Source: Eledone cirrhosa (lineage: Eukaryota). From it: DNA of 64,000 bases. Position numbers and translations under genes: made by a program. Numbering within the stretch: position 1 is the stretch's first letter; the number at the start of each line of letters is the position of its first letter. The DNA lies in assembly GCA_964016885.1 (NCBI GenBank), contig OZ024755.1:25916001-25980000 (forward strand). The letters are read 5' to 3'. Shown piece after piece: positions 1 to 13,792 of the stretch. Below the pieces are notes generated by a model. It saw only the letters and a program-made list of their open reading frames with translations, was not told where the DNA came from and did no database searches.

Positions 1-51
1 ATGATGATGATGGTGATAATGATCAAATATAACTCTAAGTAATGATTTTAC

Positions 52-142
52 CGCTGCAATGGAAGGTTTGCTAGCATCTCCCGCAGGCGGATGGGTAACA
101 TCAGCTCCAATAAATATGACAGGTTCTCGAAATATGGCCGGT
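52..142 (-). CDS. AGO2: Argonaute exon 18, PIWI ([16 protein letters not shown]...PSIAA); gene continues past window start
   Basis: First catalytic Asp (GADVTH) at 102-100, 91 nt, AG/GT. Confidence 0.96.
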
Positions 143-1127
143 CTGTGACAAAGAAATAGAAACCACATGAGAGAAAGATTAGAAAATAAAAGAATATACA
201 AGTTCAGCTGATAATATTTCATGGAAAATAGAACAAAGAAAATATATGACATTTGTGTGTCCCAAAATAAATGACCACAACAATGACTGATCCCTATAAA
301 TAATAGTTGGGAAAACTAAGTAAAAAACCTCTAGGGATGAAAAAAGTCAGCAACTTTTTTTTATAAAAACAAAACAGGCAAGATTAAATATTTTACAGGT
401 TTCAGTGGCCATGCTGGAGCACTATTCTTTTACTGGTTTCAGTCATTAGACTGTGGCCATGCTTCAGCACTGTTCTTTTACTGGTTTCAGTCAGACTGTG
501 GCCATGCTGGGGCACTGTTCTTTTACTGTTTTCAGTCATTAGACTGTGACCATGCTGGGGTACTGTTCTTTTACAGGTTTCAGTCATTGAACTGTGGTTA
601 TGGTGGGTGGGGCATCACACTCTTTTACTGGTGTCATGACAAAAAGTACCCAGTTCACCCTACAAAGTGCTCAGATGGACGTTAAACGATGATGATGATG
701 ATGATGATGATTCACCATGTAAAGTGATTGATGTTAGAAAGGACATCCAGCCATAGAAACCAAGCCAAAAAAACATCATATGAGCAAAACTTAGTCACCT
801 GACCAGTTTGGCCACATTAAGTGACAGCTTGTCAAACTCTTGCAAGCATGGAAAACAGTTAGGATTATCTAGCAATATTAACATCAAATTATAGTGTCTT
901 ATCATCTTGTAATACTGAGTTTAAATCCCATATTCTATGGTCTCAGTTTAAAACCAGTATACCCTAATTGTCTTGGTCAATTTTTGCCATTGAATAGGAT
1001 AGATATCACAGCTAATGAATAACAGTCCATCCATCATGACAACCATCACACAAAGACAGACATCATCTTTATCCCTTCCCCTTTTTTTTTAATACTTAAT
1101 TTGGTTATTATCTTTTTTTTTATATTT

Positions 1128-1532
1128 TCATCATTGTATAACTTCTGTCTGTAAAATATAGTTGACATAATGTTTATGTCTAACAGATAACAAAATATTT
1201 CCATCACTGTATAACTTCTGTCTCTAAAATATAGTTGACATAATGTTTATGTCTAACAGATAACAAAATATTTCCATCACTGTATAACTTCTGTCTCTAA
1301 AATATAGTTGACATAATGTTTATGTCTAACAGATAACAAAATATTTCCATCATTGTATAACTTGTCTATAATATATAGTTGACATAATGTTTATGTCTAA
1401 CAGATAACAAAATATTTCCATCATTGTATAACTTCTGTCTGTAATATATAGTTGACATAATGTTTATGTCGAACAGATAACAAAGTATTTCCATCATTGT
1501 ATAACTTCTGTCTGTAATATATAGTTGACATA
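1128..1532. repeat. About 72-bp tandem repeat, 5-6 copies
   Basis: catcattgtataacttctgtc...atagttgacataatg unit. Confidence 0.9.
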
Positions 1533-1797
1533 ACGCGCAACCAGACAGCACCTAAGAAGATACCAACATGGACATGTCGCAACCAACGACAGAGGCCGAG
1601 ATTTCAGAGCTGCAGGCTATGATCAGAGGGCGGGCTGGTCAAATTAAAGCCCTCTCGAATCAAGTAGAGAACTTGACCTTTCAAACACACTGGTGACGCA
1701 GTATAACAGATAACAAAAAAAAAATTAGACATCTCTGTGAATTACAACATATTCTACTCTTCACAGATTTACTATAATGTTAACTGATGGAACTTAC

Positions 1798-1957
1798 CGA
1801 ATACTTGGCAGCAAGATACTGTTGATGCCACCCAATTTGACATTTATCTTCAGACATAAATTGGAGAGAGTCTGTGGTGACGTCCGGGTGACATTTCTGG
1901 CTTGGACACATTGAGTTGCAAGGCCAAATGTGATGTCACCAACACGTTTAACTTCAG
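1798..1957 (-). CDS. AGO2: Argonaute exon 17, MID/PIWI (AEVKRVGD...TQCVQ...[16 protein letters not shown])
   Basis: 5'-phosphate pocket residues conserved, 160 nt. Confidence 0.97.
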
Positions 1958-1998
1958 CTGAAATAAAGACAAATCTGTATAAACTAGTAAGGTGTTGG

Positions 1999-4090
1999 TA
2001 TTGTCATCTGTCGTCACAGTATTGTCATCTGTCGTCACAGTATTGTCATCTGTCGTCACAGTATTGTCATCTGTCGTCACAGTATTGTCATCTGTCGTCA
2101 CAGTATTGTCATCTGTCGTCACAGTATTGTCATCTGTCGTCACAGTATTGTCATCTGTCGTCACAGTATTGTCATCTGTCGTCACAGTATTGTCATCTGT
2201 CGTCACAGTATTGTCATCTGTCGTCAGAGTTTTGTCATCTGTCGTCACAGTATTGTCATCTGTCGTCACAGTATTGTCATCTGTCGTCACAGTATTGTCA
2301 TCTGTCGTCACAGTATTGTCATCTGTCGTCACAGTATTATCTGTCGTCACAGTATTGTCATCTGTCGTCAGAGTTTTGTCATCTGTCGTCACAGTATTGT
2401 CATCTGTCGTCACAGTATTGTCATCTGTCGTCACAGTATTGTCATCTGTCGTCACAGTATTGTCATCTGTCGTCACAGTATTGTCATCTGTCGTCACAGT
2501 ATTGTCATCTGTCGTCACAGTATTGTCATCTGTCGTCACAGTATTGTCATCTGTCGTCACAGTATTGTCATCTGTCGTCACAGTATTGTCATCTGTCGTC
2601 ACAGTATTGTCATCTGTCGTCACAGTATTGTCATCTGTCGTCGCAGTATTGTCATCTGTCGTCGCAGTATTGTCATCTGTCGTCGCAGTATTGTCATCTG
2701 TCGTCGCAGTATTGTCATCTGTCGTCACAGTATTGTCATCTGTCGTCACAGTATTGTCATCTGTCGTCACAGTATTGTCATCTGTCGTCACAGTATTGTC
2801 ATCTGTCGTCACAGTATTGTCATCTGTCGTCACAGTATTGTCATCTGTCGTCACAGTATTGTCATCTGTCGTCACAGTATTGTCATCTGTCGTCACAGTA
2901 TTGTCATCTGTCATCACAGTATTGTCATCTGCCGTCACAGTATTGTCATCTGTCATCACAGTATTGTCATCTGTCGTCACAGTATTGTCATCTGTCATCA
3001 CAGTATTGTCATCTGTCATCACAGTATTGTCATCTGTCGTCACAGTATTGTCATCTGTCGTCACAGTATTGTCATCTGTCGTCACAGTATTGTCATCTGT
3101 CGTCACAGTATTGTCATCTGTCGTCACAGTATTGTCATCTGTCGTCACAGTATTGTCATCTGTCATCACAGTATTGTCATCTGTCGTCACAGTATTGTCA
3201 TCTGTCGTCACAGTATTGTCATCTGTCGTCACAGTATTGTCATCTGTCATCACAGTATTGTCATCTGTCATCACAGTATTGTCATCTGTCGTCACAGTAT
3301 TGTCATCTGTCGTCACAGTATTGTCATCTGTCGTCACAGTATTGTCATCTGTCATCACAGTATTGTCATCTGTCGTCACAGTATTGTCATCTGTCGTCAC
3401 AGTATTGTCATCTGTCGTCACAGTATTGTCATCTGTCGTCACAGTATTGTCATCTGTCGTCACAGTATTGTCATCTGTCGTCACAGTATTGTCATCTGTC
3501 GTCACAGTATTGTCATCTGTCGTCACAGTATTGTCATCTGTCGTCACAGTATTGTCATCTGTCGTCACAGTATTGTCATCTGTCGTCACAGTATTGTCAT
3601 CTGTCGTCACAGTATTGTCATCTGTCGTCACAGTATTGTCATCTGTCGTCACAGTATTGTCATCTGTCGTCACAGTATTGTCATCTGTCGTCACAGTATT
3701 GTCATCTGTCGTCACAGTATTGTCATCTGTCGTCACAGTATTGTCATCTGTCGTCACAGTATTGTCATCTGTCGTCACAGTATTGTCATCTGTCATCACA
3801 GTATTGTCATCTGTCGTCACAGTATTGTCATCTGTCGTCACAGTATTGTCATCTGTCGTCACAGTATTGTCATCTGTCGTCACAGTATTGTCATCTGTCG
3901 TCACAGTATTGTCATCTGTCATCACAGTATTGTCATCTGTCATCACAGTATTGTCATCTGTCGTCACAGTATTGTCATGTCATCACAGTATTGACACCCG
4001 TCATCACAGTATTGTCATCTGTCATCACAGTATTGTCATCTGTCGTCACAGTATTGTCATGTCATCACAGTATTGACACCCGTCATCACA
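1999..4090. repeat. 21-bp minisatellite (tattgtcatctgtcgtcacag), about 100 copies, intronic
   Basis: Highly homogeneous array. Confidence 0.98.
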
Positions 4091-5145
4091 TCTGTTAGTC
4101 TTTCTTAAAAACATAACCACACAATCATTACACTTATACCAAAGAAACATTACAGTAAAGTCACCTTTCCTATATATGACCAACACACAGACACCACCAC
4201 TACAACCCTATACTACAAGTCACACAATATTGAGGGAAGTTCTATACACTAGAACCTACACACCACCACTACATACTACAACCTACACTACAACAGACAC
4301 CACCACTACCGCTCTGTATCTCACTCTTTCTATACATGATCAACAAACAAAACGCTCAAAAATCACTAGAAATGGGCCTCCCACTATCTGATTTCTCATG
4401 GTGACCTCAAATATTGTAGGCCCCTTTGTCGTGCTAACTGACCAAGGGTTTTCACCTCCCCTCCAAGAAGAATGTGTATATGTGTGTTGCTAACAGAATG
4501 CATGTATGTGTGTTGCTAACAGAACGTGTGTGTGCATGTTGCTAACAGAATGTATGAGTGTATATATGTTGCTAACAGAATGTATGAGTGTATATATGTT
4601 GCTAATAGAATGTATGTATGCGTGTGTGTGCATGTGTGTGTTGTTAACAAAAAGCCAACGATCCAATCCCAAGAGATCATCATCATCATCACTGTTTTAC
4701 GTCCGTTCTTCCATGCTAGCATGGGTTAGACGGGTTGTCCTGTTGTGGGCAGTGTCCAGTCGGCTGACCTTGTATTGCTCATACAGGAACTGATTCTGGC
4801 TTGATTTCTACAGCTGGATGCCCTTCCTAACACCAACCTCATTTACAGTGTAGGCTGGGTGCTTTTTTACCGTGGCACCTCCACAACCATTTTACAGTGT
4901 AGGCTGGGTGCTTTTTTGCCGTGGCACCTGCACGACCACTTTGCAGTGGAATGATATGGACCCCAGTCCCTATCATCTCATTTCTACAGCTAAGTAAACT
5001 GGAGCAATGTGAAATAAAGTGTCTGGCTCAAGGAAACAATACATCACCCGGTCCAAGAATTGAACTCACAACCTTTCGATTGCAAGCCCAATGCTCTAAC
5101 CACTAAGTCATGCACCACAGATATAGTCAAATATAGTCAACCTAC

Positions 5146-5330
5146 CATAAACTGGAGTTTTTCCTGGCAGTATCACAACTATCAGTTGTAATCCCTGGAA
5201 TTTGTTCTTCAAATATGTAAACATTGGATCCACATGTTCCGGAATGCTGGCATATTTACAGAAGCATGGTTGACCACTGATTGGCATGCCAGCATCATTG
5301 GAGATACGTTGCAATTGTTGAGTGAAGCTC
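5146..5330 (-). CDS. AGO2: Argonaute exon 16, MID ([12 protein letters not shown]...[13 protein letters not shown])
   Basis: Nucleotide-specificity loop PGKTP, 185 nt. Confidence 0.97.
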
Positions 5331-5936
5331 CTGAAATATTAAATTAAAGGCCACTTAGAACAACATTAAATATAGTCTTCCATCTCACACAACTCTAAAT
5401 ATGTGCATGAAAGTAAATTCAAAGCTAGAATTGGTGTAATTGTCTCACTTTATTTTCATCAAACTGGTTAAGTGGGAGGTATGGAAAATCAAACTTATTT
5501 TCTCTCTTCTACTTAAGAAATTAATACTTAACCCATTTCATCCCTAGCTCTATTATACAGTGTTTATATTTAGCACATATATTTATCTAAAAAGCTTCAA
5601 TTATATTTTTATGTAAGAACCTTTGTTAAGTTACGTTTCAAACACCAACTTAATGATAAGAAAGTTAGTTATATTATTAAATTCCTCCAAATTCTTGATT
5701 ATTTTCAAAATTATTTGAAAATCATAGATAGGGTCTTTCCTTAGAAATATGATAATGAAAGGGTTAAAGACATTGATAGTGTCTTTCACTAGAAATATGA
5801 TAATGAAAGGATTCAAGAGATAGGTAGTGTCTCTCATTAGAAATATGGTAATGAAAGAGTGATATCAATATTTCAGAAACCAATAGTTAGGTCCCAAACA
5901 GCAACCAACCTGAACAACAAGCAAAAATAGAATTAC

Positions 5937-6070
5937 CTGAGAGCTTCTTCTTTGACATTTTTCTGTGCAGCAAAGCAGGCAATGGCCCAGACTCGGATCT
6001 CTATTCCATTGTAGAACTGTTTGGCTCTCATATCCCACACACCTTGGTTGGGAACTGCCAAAGCTTTCGT
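5937..6070 (-). CDS. AGO2: Argonaute exon 15, MID start ([28 protein letters not shown])
   Basis: MID motif, 134 nt. Confidence 0.96.
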
Positions 6071-6658
6071 CTGGAATCAATGGAGCAAAATGTATAAAAA
6101 ACTGCTTTATACTACAACAATGTAAAAAATCTATTAATGTACTTATGTGGCACCAGTACTACCACTTTCCACTGTAAACAGCTTCAATAATAAGGTATAA
6201 TTCACTGCTACAGGCAGTGGAAGCACCATAAAACTGATAAGTGTTTTATTAGCTTGCAGAGCTATTCTCAGGTCTTGAATAATCCTGTCAGATTTAATGG
6301 CAGGGAGTAGTGTGTGGTGTGGACAGTCTCTTGGATGTTTCTGGAAAGATGAGGCGAATGTTGTAGAGAGGTGGGGGTCATTTTTGTCAGTTGATTCTGT
6401 AAGGAGGATGATGTTGTAGAGAGGGGGGAGTTGTTGAGAGGAGGTGTGGTCACACCCAGTTGATTCTATAGGGAGGGGGAGGGAGGTGTGGTGTGGTCAC
6501 AATCAGTTGAATCTATAAGGAAGGGGAGGAATTGTAGAGGCAGAGGTGTAGTGTGGTCACAGTCAGTTGATTCAATAAGGAGAGGGTAGGGTACTGTGGT
6601 TACAGTCAGTTGAATCTATAAGGAAGAGAAGGAAAATAAGAGTTTAACTGCATCTTAC

Positions 6659-6781
6659 CCGTCCACCATATTGTATTTTCGGTGCATCTATAACACGACC
6701 TTCCACTTCGACCATCTTAGGGTTGACTTGGACCCCAAACTGTTGTAAATAGGGGTCTTCACTGAAGTTGGCTTTAGATAC
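6659..6781 (-). CDS. AGO2: Argonaute exon 14 (VSKANFSEDPY...APKIQYGGR)
   Basis: L2 motif, 123 nt. Confidence 0.95.
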
Positions 6782-6924
6782 CTGGTGGGGGTAACAAATA
6801 ACATTATTACTGGTGTGGTAGCAAGCAACATTATTATTGGTGGGATCATGATGATGGCGATGGTGATGATGGCAATAATGGTAATGATAATAATGATGAT
6901 AATGATGATAGTGATGGTACATAC

Positions 6925-6972
6925 CAAACTGTTGATGTCTCGTTCTCGATTTGGTGCTGAGCGAGCTGTTTC
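6925..6972 (-). CDS. AGO2: Argonaute exon 13 (ETARSAPNRERDINSL)
   Basis: L2 motif, 48 nt, phase 0-0. Confidence 0.92.
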
Positions 6973-7937
6973 CTGAAATTTCAAGACAAACAATGGGTGA
7001 GTTGAGAGAGAAACTGAATATAAGATGAATCAGACGTAGTGTGCAGGAGGGGAGACTGCACTGGTATAGAAATGTGATGTGTATGGATGATGAAATACTA
7101 GAAGTTTTAAGTATAAGTTTTGATAGAAGAAGACCAAGAAAGTTGACGACAAGAAATTACATGTGGGCAGAGGTGGAGAAAACTGACCTCAAGAAAACTA
7201 CACTTCACAGAGGGGAGAATAAAGGAAAGAGACAAGTGGAAAGATGTACTGGAGTTGGCTTGTCTAGTCAATGGAACAAGCAGAGAGTTTATCTCAGTTC
7301 CATTGGTGTTAAGTGACTGAGAATACAAGACTCTTCCCTGGACAGGACACCAATCCCTCAGAAATAAAGTCTGTGTCAAGTCCAGAGGTTCATCTGGCCA
7401 GAGTTTGTTTTGTTGTGTTAAGTGACTGAATATACAAGACTATCCCCTGGACAGGACACCAGTCCATCACAGATAATCCCCACCAGAATCAAACCCATGA
7501 CAAAGTTTCCTTGGTCCAATCAGATGGTCAGCTCCTTTCCTATTCTTCACATTTTAATTGGTGACAAAACCTCAAATTAGTTTAAGAATAAAACTAATTG
7601 TTTAAATTCAATTGAAATTTAAAATGAGTTTAAAAATTAAATCTTTCAATTAAAATTCTTATTCTTAATGATGCATATAGATGTACAGAGAGACAGAGTG
7701 TGAGAGAGTGTGTTTGAGGAAGAGAGCGAGAGAGAGAGAGTGTGTGAAAGAGAGTGAGGGAAAGTGAGAGATAATGAAAGAGATGGGGAAAGAAAGAGTG
7801 AGAGAGTGGGGTGTAGCTTGACAAACATAGACATACAGACTTACACATATAGACATACAGACACACACACATATACATACACAAACACAAACACACAGAC
7901 ATGCAGACTCAAACACAGACACAGATAAGATACTTAC

Positions 7938-8009
7938 CTTGATCATGGTTGATGTTTGCATTTCAGTTAACTTCTTTATACAGCGCTGGCCTCCAACAAT
8001 GTTACAAAC
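7938..8009 (-). CDS. AGO2: Argonaute exon 12 ([24 protein letters not shown])
   Basis: L2/helix-7 motif, 72 nt. Confidence 0.96.
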
Positions 8010-8094
8010 CTGCAAAAATAAAAATAAAAATTGAAACAAAATTAAAATGAGTCACATGACCAACCAAACCACCCTAAAACCACCCATGGTTCTA

Positions 8095-8406
<312 letters not shown>

Positions 8407-9363
8407 TCAAGGTACCTTTATGATAAACAGTTATACAGGTGGAATTATGTAAGGATACATACACACACACACACACATATACATACATATTCATATATAG
8501 TCAGGATTGTGTAAGGACATACATACATACACACACACATATACATACGTATACATATATGTAGTCAGGTTTGTGTAAGGACATACACACAAACATATAT
8601 ACATCTACAGTCAGGGTTGTGTAAGGACATGTACACAAACACATATATACATATAGTCATGCTAAAGGGTTAAATCTAAATAAAACACTTTAAACTGGAC
8701 AGTTTTGTATCGTAGAAGCAGGTATGGTCTCAGATGGGTTGATATTGAAAGGATCAAGGTACCAAATGGTTAAGGTGTTCACTTCATGACCATGAAATCC
8801 TGAGAAACTGTCATCATAGTCTCAGGACAACACTAGCCTTGTGAGTGAAATTGTGTAGAGACAGTCGATCGACTTTCGTCAAATCAGACTGAGGAAACAA
8901 TGTTTCCGTTGGTCTTTCCAATTGCTAATACTCTCTATCGGTCGCAACTCCAAGTAGAAGGGGCAACGTGAAACAAAGTGTCTTGTTCATGGACATAACA
9001 CATCGCCCAGTCCAGGGATTGAACTTACAACCTCACGATTGCGAATCCAATTCTCTTATCACTCAGCCACAACACAACATAGAGATGACCCTTTCGTTTT
9101 TGTTGAGGATTTTATGACTTCTTTAGTGTTGCTACCATAAATGCACCCAGTACACTCTGTAAAGTAGATGTCATCAACCATAAACATTATAGGGTAGAGA
9201 CAGAAACTGTATAGAAGCCAATTAGATGGACTGTATCTGTATCTGTAATTAAAAGGCCCAGCCTTGTCATACACACACTATCATGCTGAATCTCCCTGAG
9301 AATTACGTTAAGTGTACAAGTCTGTGGAATACACATTAATTTCACAATATGGTTAATACTTAC

Positions 9364-9447
9364 AACAACTTCATTTTGTATTTTTCATAAAAATATTTAG
9401 CAACCGTACATTCCACTGTTTGACCATTTTCCAACTGTAAAGGGAAT
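9364..9447 (-). CDS. AGO2: Argonaute exon 10, PAZ ([27 protein letters not shown])
   Basis: PAZ motif, 84 nt, phase 2-2. Confidence 0.95.
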
Positions 9448-10363
9448 CTGTAAAGAAGATATAAGAAACTTATCTCTTTTGATGCCAAAGTGCCAGAAAC
9501 TGCCTCTGGTTCTACAAATATACAATAGTATATATAGAGTAATGTAAATGCTAAAGGGTTAATAATGAAAAAATGAATAATATAATGTTAGCAAATCTCT
9601 CAAAATTATTGATTATTCTCAATAATTTTCAAATTTTTTGAAAATCATAGGCAATTTTTCATTAGAAATATGGTAATGAAGGGTTAAATTGTAATATCAC
9701 TAAGTTCACCTTGAAATTTCAACCAGTTTTGTTATTGAAACACTAAAGATTGGCAGGCTCAATATAGCAACAGACAAAATGTTTGGCCATATTTAATTAA
9801 GTTTCTATATATTGAAGAGACAGGAACATTTTTTTTCTCTCTTTCTGAGAGTTCCTTATACTCTGATGAAGGAATTTTAAGTCCCAAAATATTAGGACAA
9901 AAATTACCAGTAACTAACTTTTTTGTTATCTTCATCTTACCATCCATTTTTCATTGCTTAGTCTTCTTACATATATCACTTCCCACATTATATATTATAT
10001 ACAATGCTTCAAGCAAACTACATTTTATTATTCTGAGATTGATTTCCCTTTCATGTGTCCAAGATAAATATGATAAATATTGGTCACTTTAATCAAATAT
10101 ATACTTCTCCCACCTATAAAATGTAGCCTTAGGCCTAATCAAGACAACATAACATAGAGATGACCCTTTCGTCTTGTTGAGGATTTTATGACTTCTTTAG
10201 TGTTGCTACCATAAATGCACCTAGTACACTCTGTAAAGTAGATGTCATCAACCATAAACATTATAGGGTAGAGACATACACACAGATACACATACACAAA
10301 CAGTAATGGTGAAGATGAGAGAAAGAGAAGAGAGAGAAATCATTATAAAAATATAGAACATAC

Positions 10364-10451
10364 GCTTGTGTTTGGGCCGGTCGCCGGGTGACATTACAAA
10401 CCCTGTATTTTCGTCTCATTTGTCCACAGTGGGTGATCTCAACTTTTAAAC
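10364..10451 (-). CDS. AGO2: Argonaute exon 9, PAZ ([26 protein letters not shown])
   Basis: PAZ motif, 88 nt, AG/GT. Confidence 0.96.
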
Positions 10452-10619
10452 CTACATGATAGTAAAATAATTATCATGATAATAGAGAAACGGTGAGAGA
10501 GAAACTAGTGAATCTACTTACAATGTTTCACTGTTTGAGTGAATCAACAATACTTCCACCAACACTAACACTGCACTACCACCAACACTAACACTGCACT
10601 ACCACCAACACTGCTACCA

Positions 10620-11230
10620 CTGACATTCTTAACCACATATCCGTAGCACCAGAGCTGTGTTCTTTTAATTCAGAGAAATATTGGCTCAACCTGGAGTGAC
10701 TCACTAATCTTCAAGCTATGCAACTGTCAAGTAACATTACTCCTTTCGGAGGAGCCCTATTTTGGCCATTTGTATTCGTGATCGTATTCTTTTGGTCATT
10801 ACCCAAGATTCATGACCATAAGTAAGGATAGACACGTGAACACTGAATTAAAGATAGTGAATTTGGCTTTTACATCTATCTCCCTTCTGATGACAGAATG
10901 CTGAAGATGGCACCAGCTCCTGCAATTCTTGCACTTAATTCAGCCTTCTACCATCCATCACTCATGAAAAAAACCCAGAAACACTTGAACTTCTCCACCT
11001 GCTTAAGTGGAACTCCATTCACATGTAGAGTGTACTACGCAAGCTTTCTTGAGATTACAAGTGTCTCAGTCTTCGCAGCATTAATTTTCATTACTGCCAT
11101 GCAGCACTCAGCATCAAACCTATCAGGTGCATGTTAGAGATCACCTTCTGATTAGTTAAGTAGTACCATGTTGTCTGCAAATTCCAGCCAACTGATTCCA
11201 CACTTGCCAGTCCTAATACCACTTCCAGAG
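10620..11230 (-). mobile_element. Decayed RTE-like LINE fragment in Argonaute intron
   Basis: Nucleotide similarity to 30230-30380. Confidence 0.55.
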
Positions 11231-11273
11231 CAATTAAAGCTATTAAAATTGTTTTAAAAACAAAAAAACAAAC

Positions 11274-11408
11274 CTTTAATTTCTTTAGTAAATTTCACTC
11301 TTTGAGCATCTATGAGGGGTCTTTTCTGTTCTGCTATGTTTCTTAGTTCTAACACATCACACAGGAAGTTGGTAACTGGCTGAGCCTTATAAAATGCAGT
11401 AGCAGAAA
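11274..11408 (-). CDS. AGO2: Argonaute exon 8 ([12 protein letters not shown]...[10 protein letters not shown])
   Basis: L1/PAZ start, 135 nt, AG/GT. Confidence 0.96.
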
Positions 11409-12077
11409 CTGAAAGTAGAGTTAAAATGGCAATAGTCATGTGTGTGTTCAACTCTTAACATCTTTACAAGGATTCCAGAGAAAATATCCTAAAACAGGTT
11501 TGTTAATTCAAATGTTTATAATATCTTTACTAGTGGAGTTGTTATTGTGAAATTTTGAAATATTAGAGTAAAAAACTTTCATTTTTTAATGTGATGTAAT
11601 CATTGTGCTGCTATGAACTTTCCAAGAATGTCTTGCTAATATGGTAGAGGATGTTAAGGGTTAAAAGGAAACTGTAAATAAACTTTATTCCACACAAACA
11701 ACAGCAGAATTCTACAACAGAGAAAGTTGCCAAGATATATGTGAAGGAAGAATAACAGCAGTGGTGATGTGCCATGAACCATCACAGAACAGATGAGAGA
11801 CCAAATCACAACAGCAGTGGTGATGTGACATGAACCACCATGGCACAGATGAGACACTAGGTCACAACAGCAGTGGTGATGTGCCATGAACCATCACAGC
11901 ACAGATGAGAGACCAAATCACAACAGCAGTGGTGATGTGACATGAACCACCATGGCACAGATGAGAGACCAAATCACAACAGCAGTGGTGATGTGACACC
12001 AAGAATAGAGTTACAGATATATATGACTGAAACCAGTAAAAGAATAAAAGTAGACAGACAGACAATCAGATAAATAC

Positions 12078-12214
12078 CATCTATATTCAACATCATCTTC
12101 CAGTTTGATGGTCGAACACTTTGATGGAAACCAAACCAAACCTCTCGACCACCACCAAGTGGGTAATGTTTGGTTCTTGGTTGGTTGAAGAAAGAACGAC
12201 CCACAGGAGTATAT
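12078..12214 (-). CDS. AGO2: Argonaute exon 7, L1 linker (YTPVGRSFF...[18 protein letters not shown])
   Basis: Conserved L1 motif, 137 nt, AG/GT. Confidence 0.97.
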
Positions 12215-12225
12215 CTAAGAAAGAA

Positions 12226-12265
<40 letters not shown>

Positions 12266-12385
12266 ACAGAAAAGGAGGTGAAGTTCATAGAGAAAGAGAG
12301 AGATGGAGTTAGAACAAATACCATGTATTTCAGTAGAAATGCCTTAATCTTTCAACTAGTTTCCATGAAATCAAGTTAAACTTAC

Positions 12386-12567
12386 ATCATACTTGGTTGG
12401 TGCCTCATCACTACATCCAAAGCTTGGGTGGCATCAAATGGAATTTTCTGGGTCCGCCCTGAAAGAGCTTCTTCAAGTGCAAACAAGTTCACTTGGGCAA
12501 CCCATTTAATACCAACTTTAAAAATTCGATCCTTTCCTTCCCCTGGCAAAGTTACCTCAAGTTCCAC
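12386..12567 (-). CDS. AGO2: Argonaute exon 6 (ELEVTLPGEGKDRIFKV...QALDVVMRH)
   Basis: Conserved AGO sequence, 182 nt, AG/GT. Confidence 0.96.
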
Positions 12568-12756
12568 CTATGTACAGAACAAATTTTTTAAAAATCGAAT
12601 GAAAAGTAAATTAACTTTAGAGATTTCAAATTTGAAAAATAAAATTATTAAAAAAAAAAATTTAAAAGAATCAAACAAAACCAGTCAAGTTAACATCCTG
12701 TACTACATGAAACCACATTAACAATATAGATTATTGTGTATTTAATACAGTCATGT

Positions 12757-12970
12757 GGATTGGCAGAATTGGTAGAGCGTCAGACAAAATGCTTTGCAAT
12801 ATTTAGTTACAGCCCTTTGCGCTCTGAGATCAAATCCCACTGAGGTTAGGTTTGCCTTAAATCCTTATGGGGTCAATAAAATAAAGTACCGGCAATGCAA
12901 TGGGGTTGATTTAGTCAACTTCCCCCTTCCATTCAAATTGCTGGCCTTGTGCCAAATGTAGAAACAATTA
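12757..12970 (+). mobile_element. tRNA-derived SINE; related copies about 26415-26585(-), 38095-38270(-), 39560-39735(+), 41020-41205(+), 59070-59165(-), 63030-63210(-)
   Basis: A-box (tggcagaattgg) and B-box-like head, shared core ataaaataaagtacc...ggccttgtgcc. Confidence 0.75.
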
Positions 12971-13446
12971 TATACTAGATGAGGGCGACGTCTTCTCCCT
13001 CTTTCTCTCTAAACAAATGACATTCCTTTTCTCTATCTATGAACATATCTCTTGCTTGGTGCTGCTCCCCCTCTCTATATATAGATGAGGGTGACATCAT
13101 AACTTTCTGTCTTTCTGTTGCCTCGAAAACACACAACATTCCCTTTTCTCTCTCTATCTATGTTCAGATCTCTCACTTGCCGCTTCCCTTCTCTATATAA
13201 AGTAAGCGTGACAGAGAGACAGACGGATGGACAGACAACGCTCTTATTATAATATATATTATTGTACAATTATTACAAGGGCTTTTTATATATAAATATA
13301 TTTATAATTAGTGTTTTATTAATTTTTAAAGGGATACTCTAGGTGTGGACTTTAAGTCCCTAAATATGTATCTTAATATGAATGTGGTAACAAATACTTG
13401 TGATAATGAATTAGGTTCTGAAACGAGTATATATATATATATATGT

Positions 13447-13500
<54 letters not shown>

Positions 13501-13671
13501 ACACACACATATATATATATATAGAGAGAGAGAGATAGATAGATATATACATACATATATATAAATATAAAGAGGGGGCGACAGAGATAGGTGAGAGAGG
13601 AAAGAGAGTGAGTGAGAAGAAAGAGAGAAGAGAGAGAGATAAAGAACTTGTGTAATTATTGTAGGATTTAC

Positions 13672-13792
13672 CCGTTCTCTGTCAAAAGGAAGTAGTATTC
13701 GACTGTATAAATTTTTTCTACCATCAAAAACTGGTTTTTCACCATGAAATATCTTAGCACTGTAAGCCTGTACCATGGTTTCTACAATTTCT
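13672..13792 (-). CDS. AGO2: Argonaute exon 5 (EIVETMV...PVFDGRKNLYS)
   Basis: ArgoN motif PVFDGRKNLY, 121 nt, AG/GT. Confidence 0.95.

Noticed and set aside
1850-4098. Three 700-aa ORFs (TTDDNTV, CHLSSQY, VTVLSSV repeats)
   Set aside because: Artefacts of a stop-free 21-bp minisatellite inside an Argonaute intron; no coding-type variation
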